Shown here piece after piece: positions 32,701 to 41,198 of a stretch of DNA of 64,000 nucleotides; within the stretch, counting starts at the first letter, position 1, and every line of letters begins with the position of its first letter. Origin of the DNA: Deltaproteobacteria bacterium (GTDB taxonomy: Bacteria > Myxococcota > B64-G9); assembly GCA_016935365.1 (NCBI GenBank), contig JAFGRB010000371.1:4250-68249 (forward strand). The letters run 5' to 3'. Under the pieces are notes generated by a model that did no database searches, was not told the origin of the DNA, and worked only from the letters and a program-made list of their open reading frames with translations. Both the position numbers and the translations under genes were made by a program.

Positions 32701-34612
32701 TGAGCTGGCGGCGATCGGCCCAGTAGCTTGGCCGAAAGAAACGGAACACGCTGTGCCAGGTGCGGCGGCCCCGCTTGTAGATGGACTGCCAGTCTACACT
32801 CTTGGCCTCCTCCGGATCGTAACGTCCGATCAGCCAGCTGCGGAGCGCGTCGAGCTTCTCGAGGCTCTCGACGAGCTCCTTGCGCTCGACCGTGTAGTCG
32901 TCCCAGCAGGTGCTCTCGAGCAGGGACGCCGGCACGCCCACCGAGACCGCCAGGTGCTCGGCGGCCTGGAGCGTTTGGCGTGACTCTTCAGGGCCTTGCG
33001 GCATGGGGGCCTCGAGCTGCTTCGCGAGCCCGGAGGCCGCATTGCGGACCGCGGCCGTCAGCTCGTTCAGCGCCTCCAGCCCTTCCCTGGCGGCCTGGAG
33101 CGTGCCCGGGCCGATCTCTCCCAGGCCGGAGTGCCGCCAGAGATGCTGCTCGACGGGCGAGACCGCCTCGCAGCGGCGGCCGAGGCTTGCGGCCAGCTCG
33201 ATGAGCTCTCGGAGCCTTCCCGCGCTCCAGTCCCGGCTTCCAGGCAGCTCGCAGAAGATGTCCGGGCAGTCCGCCAGGGCGAGCATGCGGCCGATCGCCT
33301 CGTATGGGCTCAGTCCAAGAGGTTCTATCGGCGAGTGCAGGGCACTTGCGTAGCCGTTCAGCTGCCTGCGGAGCTGGCTCAGTCGCTCGCCGGTCTCCTC
33401 GTCCACCTCGGCCTCCAGGCGCCCCTCCTCGAGCACCCGGCCGATCTCCGCCAGCGTGGCCTTGCGGTTTGCCTTGGTGGAGTGGAGCTCGAGGCAGAAG
33501 TCGCCCAGCCCCACCCGGTCCAGCCGGCGCTTGACCACCTGCAGCGCGGCCAGCTTCTGGGAGACGAAGAGCACCCGCATATCGGCGCCCAGGCACTCCG
33601 CGATCATGTTGGCGATGGTCTGCGACTTGCCGGTGCCGGGGGGACCTTCGATGACGAAGCTCTTGCCGTGCTTGGCGGCCGCGATGGCTACCTGCTGGCT
33701 GGCATCGGCGTTCATGACCTGGAAGCAGTCGGCCGGCTCGACGCTGTCGGGTGCGGGCAGCCCGTCGAGCGGCCCGGCGGGCTCGCCGCTGCACAGCGTG
33801 CGCAGCAGGGGATGGGCGCAGAGATCGAGCCCGGCGGAGCTCCAGCGCTCCGGATCTAAATCCAGGTACATCAAGTACTTGGTGAAGGAGAACAAACCGA
33901 GCGCCATCTCGTCGGTCACCCGCCAGCCGTCCTGGTCCGAGATGAGCTCGGAGATGGCCGCGCAGCGGGCGGCCAGATCGAATGCCTCCCAGTCCTCTGG
34001 CTCTTCGGGGAGCCGGATGCCGTGGTCCTTCCCGAGCATGGCGGCCAGGCAGGGGTTGAGCAGCGGATCGTCGGGCAGGGCCTGTAGCTGGAACCGCCGC
34101 CTGGCCGAGCTGCGCGAGAGCTCCGCCGGTACGAGGATCAGCGGGGCCTTGAGAGGGTGATCGGGCCTGTCTGGCCGGCGCCACTCCAGAAAGCCCACCG
34201 CCAGGTGCAGGAGGTTGACGCCCTTCTCCTCCAGCGCGTCGCGGGCCGCTCGCTGGGTTCTGAGCAGGTTGGTCTGGAGGTTCTTGGCGTCCAACGGGGT
34301 CTGGAGGAAGCGGTCGCGGTGATGCTTCGGAAGCTCGTTTTCGCCCAGGGCGGTCTCGATCGGCGGCTGCCCTCTGGCGTCCGCCTCTTCGGCCCGGGCG
34401 CGCTCCGGCCTCTCCTCCGCGGACAGGAAGGCAAAGCTCCGCTCCTGCTGGACCAGCGACTGGAAGACGGCCGATGGGAGCTCGTCGCAGATGGGCACCG
34501 TGGTCCGGCGGGTGGGGCGGAAGTTGAGCAAGCGATTGCGGAGGGTCAGATCCAGCAGCAGCTCTCGCGCCCGGTCCAGCTCCTGCCTCACATCCGTCAT
34601 GGATGACTCCAC
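29726..34612 (-). CDS. 1628-aa multidomain SF1 (Upf1-like) helicase: DUF4011 N-domain, AAA_11/AAA_12 helicase core, REase/DUF559-like nuclease region, DUF3320, C-terminal double zinc ribbon
   Basis: N-term ..LLDLTLRNRLLNFRP.. (DUF4011-like). Walker A GPPGTGKSQTIANMI. Motif II DLVIFDEASQV. Motif VI-like ..LNVLITRARERCVVFSSI... ..GIATDGMAYARAQTARDRERGWEDALRRLGWRLHRIWSPDWY.. (DUF559/Vsr-like endonuclease fold). ..DRVYTKVRSFGRKAVARGLQAG.. (DUF3320-like). Tail CPRCERKVKEGAKFCPHCGYKL..CPECRCSIAPNAKFCPHCGYKL. Confidence 0.85.
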   Translation of the reverse strand: MESSMTDVRQELDRARELLLDLTLRNRLLNFRPTRRTTVPICDELPSAVFQSLVQQERSFAFLSAEERPERARAEEADARGQPPIETALGENELPKHHRDRFLQTPLDAKNLQTNLLRTQRAARDALEEKGVNLLHLAVGFLEWRRPDRPDHPLKAPLILVPAELSRSSARRRFQLQALPDDPLLNPCLAAMLGKDHGIRLPEEPEDWEAFDLAARCAAISELISDQDGWRVTDEMALGLFSFTKYLMYLDLDPERWSSAGLDLCAHPLLRTLCSGEPAGPLDGLPAPDSVEPADCFQVMNADASQQVAIAAAKHGKSFVIEGPPGTGKSQTIANMIAECLGADMRVLFVSQKLAALQVVKRRLDRVGLGDFCLELHSTKANRKATLAEIGRVLEEGRLEAEVDEETGERLSQLRRQLNGYASALHSPIEPLGLSPYEAIGRMLALADCPDIFCELPGSRDWSAGRLRELIELAASLGRRCEAVSPVEQHLWRHSGLGEIGPGTLQAAREGLEALNELTAAVRNAASGLAKQLEAPMPQGPEESRQTLQAAEHLAVSVGVPASLLESTCWDDYTVERKELVESLEKLDALRSWLIGRYDPEEAKSVDWQSIYKRGRRTWHSVFRFFRPSYWADRRQLKQARLRDHQPVPSQALEDLKQLATYRTLLADIKALDEEGRRAFGVYWRGSRTDPRSISRLADWLHTARRLLTSGRIGPRGIALCFEGADRKTIKQAVAQFQDLTGRWQAARERLVEILQLDSAGLPAQEAGFAEWSERLSELQAGQEKLHDWIAFQHALQECRSGPLSQFADKSRSKTLAFDLYGPALEKQALRLFVETALSEKPELSSFNARDHEAARAEFARLDREWTRQTSARLHAKLSANRPVTAFGVAASSKLGLLQGEIARKRGGRSIRRLLADAGEVVQRLKPCMMMSPLSVSQFLAPGKVDFDLVIFDEASQVEPADALGAIARAGQLVLVGDTRQLPPTGFFRSAGGEDDPDDEQDAQGAAGIEDMESILDRGGMVLARTRLRWHYRSRHDSLISYSNKEFYEKQLVVFPACQAREGVLGLQVAYEPADWYQPGRGTNPSQAERIGRWVFEQARAHPEKSIGVGTFSQAQQQAVLDEIERLRREDDSLETFFSQEREEPFFVKNLETIQGDERDVIALSVGYGKPAADEKLSMNFGPLNQDGGWRRLNVLITRARERCVVFSSIRPEDFRLDASGARGVVALHGFLRYAFGLEEDGDAQGQEAQGTDFEHFVFRSLRKAGLDVERRLGDRDSFYLDLAVRDTEQTGLYRLGIATDGMAYARAQTARDRERGWEDALRRLGWRLHRIWSPDWYRMPSMNEKDLIEIAASPPEQESQPQDAQDDSSRLHKAEARLEQYGFQPYVVFQHERQQQATRFHSQSAGELSRLLAAIVKVEGPIQVDEAIRRAAEGFGIDRVYTKVRSFGRKAVARGLQAGLFAQRGDFLWPKDMTVPPVRRRDDELLREASLICPQELGQAAVTLLQLQFGMSRADLIQQTAQALGFGAAGRAIGAAIELAIETEIERGRIEQEGELLSPPEPQTPVPHLPAKPGVCPRCERKVKEGAKFCPHCGYKLERPTCPECRCSIAPNAKFCPHCGYKLRTQG

Positions 34613-34731
34613 TCGACCTGTCGTCTCGTGATCTGGATTGTGGCACGGGGCGGGGGCGAGGTGAATGAAAAAAACAGACAGCTATGCTAGACTGCGCCCA
34701 GGATTCGAGGGGGCTGGAACAGGAGAAGGAC

Positions 34732-37197
34732 ATGAAGACGCTTCGCGGAATCTGGGTGGTCTTTCTGGCCTGCACCCTGCTGGCCTTTATCTCATGCGCC
34801 CCGGGCGACCTGCCGGGCAAGCCGGTCCACGTATCGCAGCCCATCGTGGGCGGCTGGCAGACCAGCGACTGGCCTGCTGTCGGGGCACTGGTGCTGGACT
34901 ACGGGAGCTACTGGCAGCAGTTCTGCTCCGGGACCCTGGTCGACAGCGAGTGGGTGCTGACCGCCGGCCACTGCCTGGACCCCGATACCACCGGGATCGA
35001 GGACTATCAGACGAGCTTCTACATCGGGCCCGACGCCCGGAGCGAGTCCGGCGGGGTGGCTTTCCAGGCCGAGTCCTTCCACCTCCACGGCGACTGGGAG
35101 AACAACGACATCGGCCTGATCCACCTGAGCAGCCCGGTGCCCTCTGGCACCGCGACCCCCATCCCCTACAACGACTATAACCTCCAGAACTACGTCCACA
35201 ACCAGATCACCTGGGTGGGCTACGGGGTCAACAATGGCTACAACCAGACCGGCAGCGGCATCAAGCGCTACGGAACCGGATACATCGGCGAGCTCTACTA
35301 CTACCAGTTCACCTACCCGGTCGACGGCGGCCAGATGCCCTGCTCCGGGGACTCGGGCGGCGCCACCCTGATGACCATCGCCTCGGTCGAGCGCGTGGTG
35401 GGCGTCATCTCCGCGGGCGACCAGTACTGCGTCCAGAGCGGTGTGGACACCCGGGTGGACGCCTACAGCAGCTGGATCCACGACGAGATAGAGGGCGGCG
35501 GGACCACCGAATGCGACATCACCGGCGGGGACTGCGGCAACCAGGCCTGCTACCCGGTCGACGTGGACGAGCTGGCCTGCGTGCCCTCGGACGGCATTCG
35601 CATCGGCCAGGCCTGCGACGAGGAGGGCCAGGAATCCTCGGTGGCCTGCGCGGACGGCGGCATATGCATCGACATCCCGGAGGCGAGCGGTGGCTACGGC
35701 GAGGTCTGCTACCAGTTCTGCGTGGACGACTCGGTCTGCGAGCAGGACGAGATGTGCACCTTGCCCATCTTCGAGGACATCGACGACATCGGCATCTGCC
35801 TGCCCGAGCCCGAGACCTGCCGCATCAGCGGCGGCGACTGCGATGCGGGCTCGGCCTGCTACCCGACCACCAGCGGCGAGTTCTACTGCTTCCCGAGCGC
35901 CGGCGCGGGTCTCGGCGCTGCCTGCAACCCGAGCCAGGTCGATCCGCTTCCCTGCGGCGACGGCCTGGTCTGTCTGGGCTCGGGCACGTCGGGCAACTGC
36001 TATGACTTCTGCCAGCGCGATGCAGACTGCCCTTCGCAGTACGAGTGCAGCATCTTTCAGGGCGAGGAGGACCTCGGCTACTGCAGCTGCGTCGACGACG
36101 ACAACGACAACTGGTGCGCCTACGACGACTGCGACGACAACGACCGGAACACCCACCCGGGCGCGACCGAGCTGTGCGGAGACAACAAGGACAACGACTG
36201 CGATAACTTGACCGACGAGGATTGCACATGCACGGACCTGGACGGGGACGGCTACTGCGCGGATGTGGACTGCGACGATCGCGATCGCAACACCCACCCG
36301 GGGGCGACCGAGATCTGCGGTGACGGCAGGGACAACGACTGCGACGGCCAGACCGATGAGAGCTGCGGGTGCACGGATCAAGACGGGGACGGCTACTGCG
36401 CTGAAGAGGACTGCGACGACGGCGATCGGAACACCCACCCGGGGGCGACGGAGCTCTGCGGCGACAACAAGGACAATGACTGCGACGGGAGCACCGACGA
36501 GGGCTGCGGCTGCACGGATCTGGACGGAGACGGCTACTGCGCCGGGGTGGACTGCGACGACAGGAACAAGAACAACCACCCGGGTGCGACCGAGCGCTGC
36601 GGGGACGGGATGGACAACGACTGCGATGGTCAGACCGACGAGAACTGCGGCACCTGCTACGACCTGGATGGAGACGGCTATTGCCAGGGAGATGACTGCA
36701 ACGACATCGACGCCAGCGTCAACCCGGGTGCGACCGAGCGCTGCGGGGACGGGAAGGACAACGACTGCGACGGTAGCACCGACGAGGGCTGCGGCACCTG
36801 CACGGACAGCGACGGGGACGGGTACTGTCTGCCCGCCGATTGCAACGATGGCAACGCGAGCGTCCACCCTGACGGCCAGGAGATCTGCGGAGACGGCGTG
36901 GACAACGACTGCAGCGGCCAGACGGACGAGGGCTGCGCCGAGTGCGTCTCGGACGGCGACTGCGACGACGGCAACCCCTGCACCCGGGACACGTGCAGCG
37001 GTGGGATCTGCGCGCACGAGGACGAGCCGGACGGTATGATCTGCGGGGAGGGCATGGCCTGCCAGATCGGCGAGTGCTTCCCCTGGACCGATCCGGAGAG
37101 CTCCGGCTGTCAGGTGGCGGCCGGCCGCGGCGCGCCGGCGACGCTTTGGCTCGCGCTGGTCGGCGTGCTGTGGGGGATTCGCCGGCGAAGGGCCTGA
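34732..37197 (+). CDS. secreted trypsin-like (S1) serine protease with ~7 MopE-type Cys/Asp-rich repeats and MYXO-CTERM-like tail (821 aa)
   Basis: Signal peptide MKTLRGIWVVFLACTLLAFISCAP. IVGGWQ..LTAGHC (His), GDSGG (Ser). Repeats DGDGYCA.VDCDD.DRNTHPGATE.CGDG.DNDCDG.TDE.C. C-term ..SSGCQVAAGRGAPATLWLALVGVLWGIRRRRA (Cys + TM + Arg cluster). AGGAGA Shine-Dalgarno 5 nt upstream of ATG 34732. Confidence 0.8.
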   Translation: MKTLRGIWVVFLACTLLAFISCAPGDLPGKPVHVSQPIVGGWQTSDWPAVGALVLDYGSYWQQFCSGTLVDSEWVLTAGHCLDPDTTGIEDYQTSFYIGPDARSESGGVAFQAESFHLHGDWENNDIGLIHLSSPVPSGTATPIPYNDYNLQNYVHNQITWVGYGVNNGYNQTGSGIKRYGTGYIGELYYYQFTYPVDGGQMPCSGDSGGATLMTIASVERVVGVISAGDQYCVQSGVDTRVDAYSSWIHDEIEGGGTTECDITGGDCGNQACYPVDVDELACVPSDGIRIGQACDEEGQESSVACADGGICIDIPEASGGYGEVCYQFCVDDSVCEQDEMCTLPIFEDIDDIGICLPEPETCRISGGDCDAGSACYPTTSGEFYCFPSAGAGLGAACNPSQVDPLPCGDGLVCLGSGTSGNCYDFCQRDADCPSQYECSIFQGEEDLGYCSCVDDDNDNWCAYDDCDDNDRNTHPGATELCGDNKDNDCDNLTDEDCTCTDLDGDGYCADVDCDDRDRNTHPGATEICGDGRDNDCDGQTDESCGCTDQDGDGYCAEEDCDDGDRNTHPGATELCGDNKDNDCDGSTDEGCGCTDLDGDGYCAGVDCDDRNKNNHPGATERCGDGMDNDCDGQTDENCGTCYDLDGDGYCQGDDCNDIDASVNPGATERCGDGKDNDCDGSTDEGCGTCTDSDGDGYCLPADCNDGNASVHPDGQEICGDGVDNDCSGQTDEGCAECVSDGDCDDGNPCTRDTCSGGICAHEDEPDGMICGEGMACQIGECFPWTDPESSGCQVAAGRGAPATLWLALVGVLWGIRRRRA

Positions 37198-37217
37198 GGG
37201 ACAGAGGAGACAGACCG

Positions 37218-39296
37218 ATGATCCGTCGAACAGCAGGCCTGGCCGCACTGCTCCTTCTGGCGAGCTGCGGAAAGGAGACGGAGGGCCTGGCCGAGAGGGC
37301 GAGCCCGGTCATCGCCGGGATCGAGACCTCGGCCTGGCCCTCGATCGGGGCGCTGGTCCTGGACGACTATGGTTACTTCGAGAACTTCTGCTCGGGCACC
37401 CTGATCGCCTCGCGCTGGGTGTTGACCGCCGCGCATTGCCTCGATGGCACTTACCCGGCCAGCCAGGTCAGCTTCTACACCGGGCCCGACGTCCACAATC
37501 CGTCCAGCCAGTACACGTTCAGCGCGCAGCGCTACTACATCCACTCGCGCTGGGACACCGATCTCATGATCAACGACATCGGGCTGGTCTATCTGGCGGA
37601 GAGCGCCTCGCCCACGCCCATGACCTACAACCGCAACAACATCGCCGGGAGCACCGGCGATCCCATCACCTGGGTGGGCTACGGCGTCAACTGGGTCAAC
37701 CCCAACAACCCGAACGACCAGCGCGGCAGCGGGCTCAAGCGCTACGGGACAAGTTACATGGGCGCGGTGGCGCTAACCTGGGTGGACTACGAGGCCTCGG
37801 GCGGGCAGATGACCTGCTTCGGGGACTCGGGCGGCGCGACCCTGATGGACGTCGGCGGCCAGGAGCGGCTGGTGGGAATCAACTCGGGCGTCTCCGACAG
37901 CTACTGCACCGGCGTGGGCGTGAGCACCCGGGTGGACGCCTACTCCGACTGGATCCAGGACATCATGCAGAACGGCTCCAGCCCGACCAACTGCGACATC
38001 ACCGGCGGCACGTGTCGCAACAACGCCTGCTATCCACTCCAGGACGGGGTCTACCAGTGCCTGCCGACCCAGGGCATCCCGCAGGGCCAGCCCTGCGAGC
38101 CCTCGATCGTGGAGTCGCTGGCCTGTGAGGATGGCAGCCTGTGCCTGGACCTCGATCCCGCCGAGGGAGGCAGCGGACAGATCTGCTACCCGCTCTGTCT
38201 TGTGGACCAGCACTGCGGGGCGGGCGAGCGTTGCCTGACGCCCGTGCTCCACGGCCTGAGCGTGGGCGCCTGCGTCGATCGGCTCACCACCTGCGAGATC
38301 ACGGGTGGAGACTGCGGGACGGGCCAGGCCTGCCATCCGGTGGATGAGCACGAGGCCTACTGCTATGCGAGCAATGGGGCCGGCGAGGGTACGAGCTGCA
38401 ACCCGAACGTGTCGCCCGGTGAAGCGCCGCTGCCCTGCGCCGACGGGCTGGGCTGTATTCGGATCTCCGGTGCGAACGGCCGCTGTGCCGCCTACTGCGA
38501 GACAGCGGCCGACTGCCCGGACGGATTCGACTGCATCATGCTGTCGTCGTGGCACGGCTTCTGCAATTGCACCGATCGAGATGAAGACGGCTACTGCGAA
38601 GGTGCCGACTGCGACGATGGGGATGAGCATGTCCATCCGGGTGCCGAGGAGATCTGCGGGGACGGTGTGGACAACGACTGCGACCAGCTCACCGACGAGG
38701 GCTGCACCTGCACCGATCTCGATGGGGACGGCTACTGCGCCGATGAGGACTGCGACGATCGCAACCGCCAGAACCACCCCGGTGCCACGGAGCGATGCGG
38801 GGACGGGGTGGACAACGACTGCGACCAGCTCACCGACGAGGGCTGCTCGAGCTGCACGGATCGGGACGGGGACGGCTACTGCGCCGAGAGCGGCGACTGC
38901 GATGATCGCAACTCGACCGTGAGCCCGGCCGCGGATGAGCGCTGCTTCGACGGCATCGACAACGACTGCGACGATCTCACCGACGAGGACTGCGGCTCGG
39001 GCGATTGCGCCCAGGACAGCGACTGCGACGATGACAATCCTTGCAGCCGGGACTGGTGCGAGGCGAGCTTCTGTTTCCATGAGGACGAGCCGGACGGCAT
39101 GCTGTGCGGGGAGGGCATGGCCTGTCAGATCGGCGAGTGCTTCCCCTGGGGAGATCCGCAGGCCGGAGGCTGTCAGGTGGCTTCCAGACGGGGCCGGGAC
39201 GGGGCTTCGGGCTCGCTCGTGCTCCTTCCGCTCGCTGTGACCTGCATCCTTCGCAGGCGCAGGAAGTTACTTGCCTTGCCGGACCGCCGGGGCTAG
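37218..39296 (+). CDS. paralogous secreted S1 serine protease with MopE-type repeats and MYXO-CTERM-like tail (692 aa)
   Basis: Lipoprotein-type signal MIRRTAGLAALLLLASCGK. LTAAHC / GDSGG triad. Repeats ..DEDGYCEGADCDDGDEHVHPGAEEICGDGVDNDCDQLTDEGC... C-term ..GGCQVASRRGRDGASGSLVLLPLAVTCILRRRRK. Domain order matches the preceding gene. Confidence 0.8.
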   Translation: MIRRTAGLAALLLLASCGKETEGLAERASPVIAGIETSAWPSIGALVLDDYGYFENFCSGTLIASRWVLTAAHCLDGTYPASQVSFYTGPDVHNPSSQYTFSAQRYYIHSRWDTDLMINDIGLVYLAESASPTPMTYNRNNIAGSTGDPITWVGYGVNWVNPNNPNDQRGSGLKRYGTSYMGAVALTWVDYEASGGQMTCFGDSGGATLMDVGGQERLVGINSGVSDSYCTGVGVSTRVDAYSDWIQDIMQNGSSPTNCDITGGTCRNNACYPLQDGVYQCLPTQGIPQGQPCEPSIVESLACEDGSLCLDLDPAEGGSGQICYPLCLVDQHCGAGERCLTPVLHGLSVGACVDRLTTCEITGGDCGTGQACHPVDEHEAYCYASNGAGEGTSCNPNVSPGEAPLPCADGLGCIRISGANGRCAAYCETAADCPDGFDCIMLSSWHGFCNCTDRDEDGYCEGADCDDGDEHVHPGAEEICGDGVDNDCDQLTDEGCTCTDLDGDGYCADEDCDDRNRQNHPGATERCGDGVDNDCDQLTDEGCSSCTDRDGDGYCAESGDCDDRNSTVSPAADERCFDGIDNDCDDLTDEDCGSGDCAQDSDCDDDNPCSRDWCEASFCFHEDEPDGMLCGEGMACQIGECFPWGDPQAGGCQVASRRGRDGASGSLVLLPLAVTCILRRRRKLLALPDRRG

Positions 39297-39297
39297 C

Positions 39298-39606
39298 ATG
39301 GCCGCCATGCTAAAGTGGATCACGCCTCTCATCTGCTCGCTGGCCTGCCTGCTCTCCTGGGGCTGCGGCAGCGCCTGCCGAGATCTGGCCAACAAGGTCT
39401 GCGATTGCCAGCCCACCCGGGCCAAGAAGGAGCGCTGCGAGATCGCCGTCAGCGTAGCCGACGACAACCTGGACGCGTCGGACGCCGAGGAGGAGGCCTG
39501 CCAGCAGATCCTCGACTCCGGCTCCTGCACATGTGATGCGGTCCTGACGGGAGACCTGGCCGCCTGCGGCCTGGCCCACAGCACCCTGGACCTCTCCGAA
39601 GACTGA
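39298..39606 (+). CDS. small Cys-rich putative lipoprotein (102 aa, 8 Cys in mature part)
   Basis: ATG 1 nt after the protease stop (TAGcATG). Signal MAAMLKWITPLICSLACLLSWGC. Mature part CGSACRDLANKVCDCQ..CEIAV..ACQQILDSGSCTCDAV..LAACG. Confidence 0.45.
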   Translation: MAAMLKWITPLICSLACLLSWGCGSACRDLANKVCDCQPTRAKKERCEIAVSVADDNLDASDAEEEACQQILDSGSCTCDAVLTGDLAACGLAHSTLDLSED

Positions 39607-39773
39607 TGGACTCGTAAAAAGTCCATCAACGGCCGGCGCTGACAGGCGCCGGCCGCCAAGAGGGGGGTGGAACCACTTGAATTCACTTCAAGTGGCGGGG
39701 GAGGGAAGATCCCTCCCCCGCCGAGCAGAAGTCGCGAAGCGACTTTTTGCGAGGTCAACAAGACTAGCCCTAA

Positions 39774-39805
39774 AACAAGCGCGGCTTCCAAACCGCGTTT
39801 GTTTG
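39774..39805. terminator. candidate bidirectional intrinsic terminator between convergent genes
   Basis: Extended imperfect palindrome cccTAAAACAAGCGCGG-cttccaaa-CCGCGTTTGTTTgaggg (12-17 bp stem), T-runs on both strands at the stem base. Lies between the + gene ending 39606 and the - gene ending 39855. Confidence 0.4.
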
Positions 39806-39854
39806 AGGGCTGGCCGCCCGAAGGGCGGTCGTTTTAGGGTGAAGCTGCTGGAAT

Positions 39855-41183
39855 TCAGCGCCCGCTTCTCGGGACGAAGGTGGCCTGGTTCGCCTTCCAC
39901 CACGCTCGCCAGGCGGGCTGCATCTTGCGGCCCTCGGCCAGGCTGGGGCGCTTCCAGTCGTAGCCGTCTCCCCAGGAGCGGAAGAAGGACTGGCCGGTCC
40001 AGACGTGGAGGCGCATCTCGGCCTGGGCGCGCACCTGGTGATCCGAATGGGTCAGGGCATCGATGCAGACCGGGATGGCCTTCGGGATGTGGCCCTCGGC
40101 CAGATAGTACATGGCCGAAAAGACTTCCCAGCGCGGCTTTGCAGCCAGGATCTCGAAGGCGGCCCGGCTCGGACGCATGGCGAGCCCGGTCCAGACCTCC
40201 GGGTGATCCGCGGACCCCCAGGACGCGAGCAGGGGCAGGAAGTCGTCCTGGCGGGCGAAGACGATCGCCTCGCGGGCCGCGGTCATGCGGGAGCTGGGCC
40301 AATCGTGGCGGGCCCGGCGGGCGAGCCGTTTCTTCCAGTCGGACTGCATGCGGGCGCGCTCGGCAGGGCTGCCGTGGCGGATCGTGAGATCCAGCCTGGC
40401 GTAGTCGGTAAGTCCCTGGAAAGCCCAGCGCTCGACGCGCACGCGGAGCGACTGGGGCACGTGGTTCAAGACCGGCGAGTCGGGGCCCTGCTCGTGGATC
40501 ACGCGCACGCGGACCGGCTTGTCATCGCGCCGGTCGAAGGGATGGCCGTGGCGGTCGACGCGGATGCGCGCACGCTCGGACTCGGGCAGGGCCGCCACCG
40601 CGGCCCGGACGGCAGGGGCCTGGCGAGGCAGCTCGAATCCGCTGTGGGCGTGGAAGCAGTGCAGCTCGTAGCGCCCCGGCTGCGCGATGGCCGCCCAGCG
40701 CTGAAGCGCGAGCCAGTACGAGCGGGGCTTACCGGGCCGCACGTCGTAGCTGCTGGACAGACCGCCCATGTAGACGAGGGACGCGGGGTCTCCGTAGGGA
40801 TCCAACACCGCCTTGCCCTCGGCATCCAGCAGCACGAAGAGGAAGTTGTCATCCCGGCCGCGGGCGCGGTAGTTGCCCCCGATGTGCTCTGTCCACTTGC
40901 CCGCCTGCACCTCGATCCGGAACTCCACCGGGATGGGTTCGCCCAGGAGGAAATCGTGGCGCTCGAGCCGGAAGGAGCGCGCAAGCCCTTGGGGGATGTC
41001 CGGGGCGGGGGACTCGACGGCCTCCGCTTCGATCGCCCGGTTGAATCGAAGCGCAGAGCGGGTAGCGCCAGCGGGTGGCAGCTCGAGCCAGTACGGCTTG
41101 ATCCGGATCTCGATCTCTAGGCCTTCGGCCCAGGCGAGGCACGGGATGGCGATCAGCCCTAACGCAAGCGCGGATCGAAGCAT
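39855..41183 (-). CDS. secreted hypothetical protein (442 aa) with C-terminal HEAT/PBS-like repeats
   Basis: Signal peptide MLRSALALGLIAIPCLAWAEG. C-terminal ..AIPVCIDALTHSDHQVRAQAEMRL.. resembles HEAT-type repeats. No catalytic motif recognised. Confidence 0.55.
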   Translation of the reverse strand: MLRSALALGLIAIPCLAWAEGLEIEIRIKPYWLELPPAGATRSALRFNRAIEAEAVESPAPDIPQGLARSFRLERHDFLLGEPIPVEFRIEVQAGKWTEHIGGNYRARGRDDNFLFVLLDAEGKAVLDPYGDPASLVYMGGLSSSYDVRPGKPRSYWLALQRWAAIAQPGRYELHCFHAHSGFELPRQAPAVRAAVAALPESERARIRVDRHGHPFDRRDDKPVRVRVIHEQGPDSPVLNHVPQSLRVRVERWAFQGLTDYARLDLTIRHGSPAERARMQSDWKKRLARRARHDWPSSRMTAAREAIVFARQDDFLPLLASWGSADHPEVWTGLAMRPSRAAFEILAAKPRWEVFSAMYYLAEGHIPKAIPVCIDALTHSDHQVRAQAEMRLHVWTGQSFFRSWGDGYDWKRPSLAEGRKMQPAWRAWWKANQATFVPRSGR

Positions 41184-41198
41184 CGTCGGCCCGGATGC

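Noticed and set aside
32988-34844. 618-aa minus-strand ORF and other Arg/Pro/Gly-rich ORFs (e.g. 31467..32384, 32728..33204 +, 33456..34160 +) within the helicase gene
   Set aside because: Alternate-frame artefacts of the 1628-aa helicase ORF. Low-complexity R/P/G/A composition.
36100-36900. Periodic ~115-120-nt nucleotide repeats inside the protease genes, considered as a possible mobile or satellite element
   Set aside because: The periodicity corresponds exactly to in-frame MopE-type protein modules. No terminal inverted repeats, transposase or target-site duplication.
34792-37248. 818-aa minus-strand ORF (Ala/Val/Gly/Arg-rich) antisense to the first S1 protease, and 37773..39080 antisense to the second
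   Set aside because: Antisense translation of Cys/Asp/Gly codon-rich repeats yields long open frames. The plus-strand products have signal peptides, catalytic triads and sorting tails.
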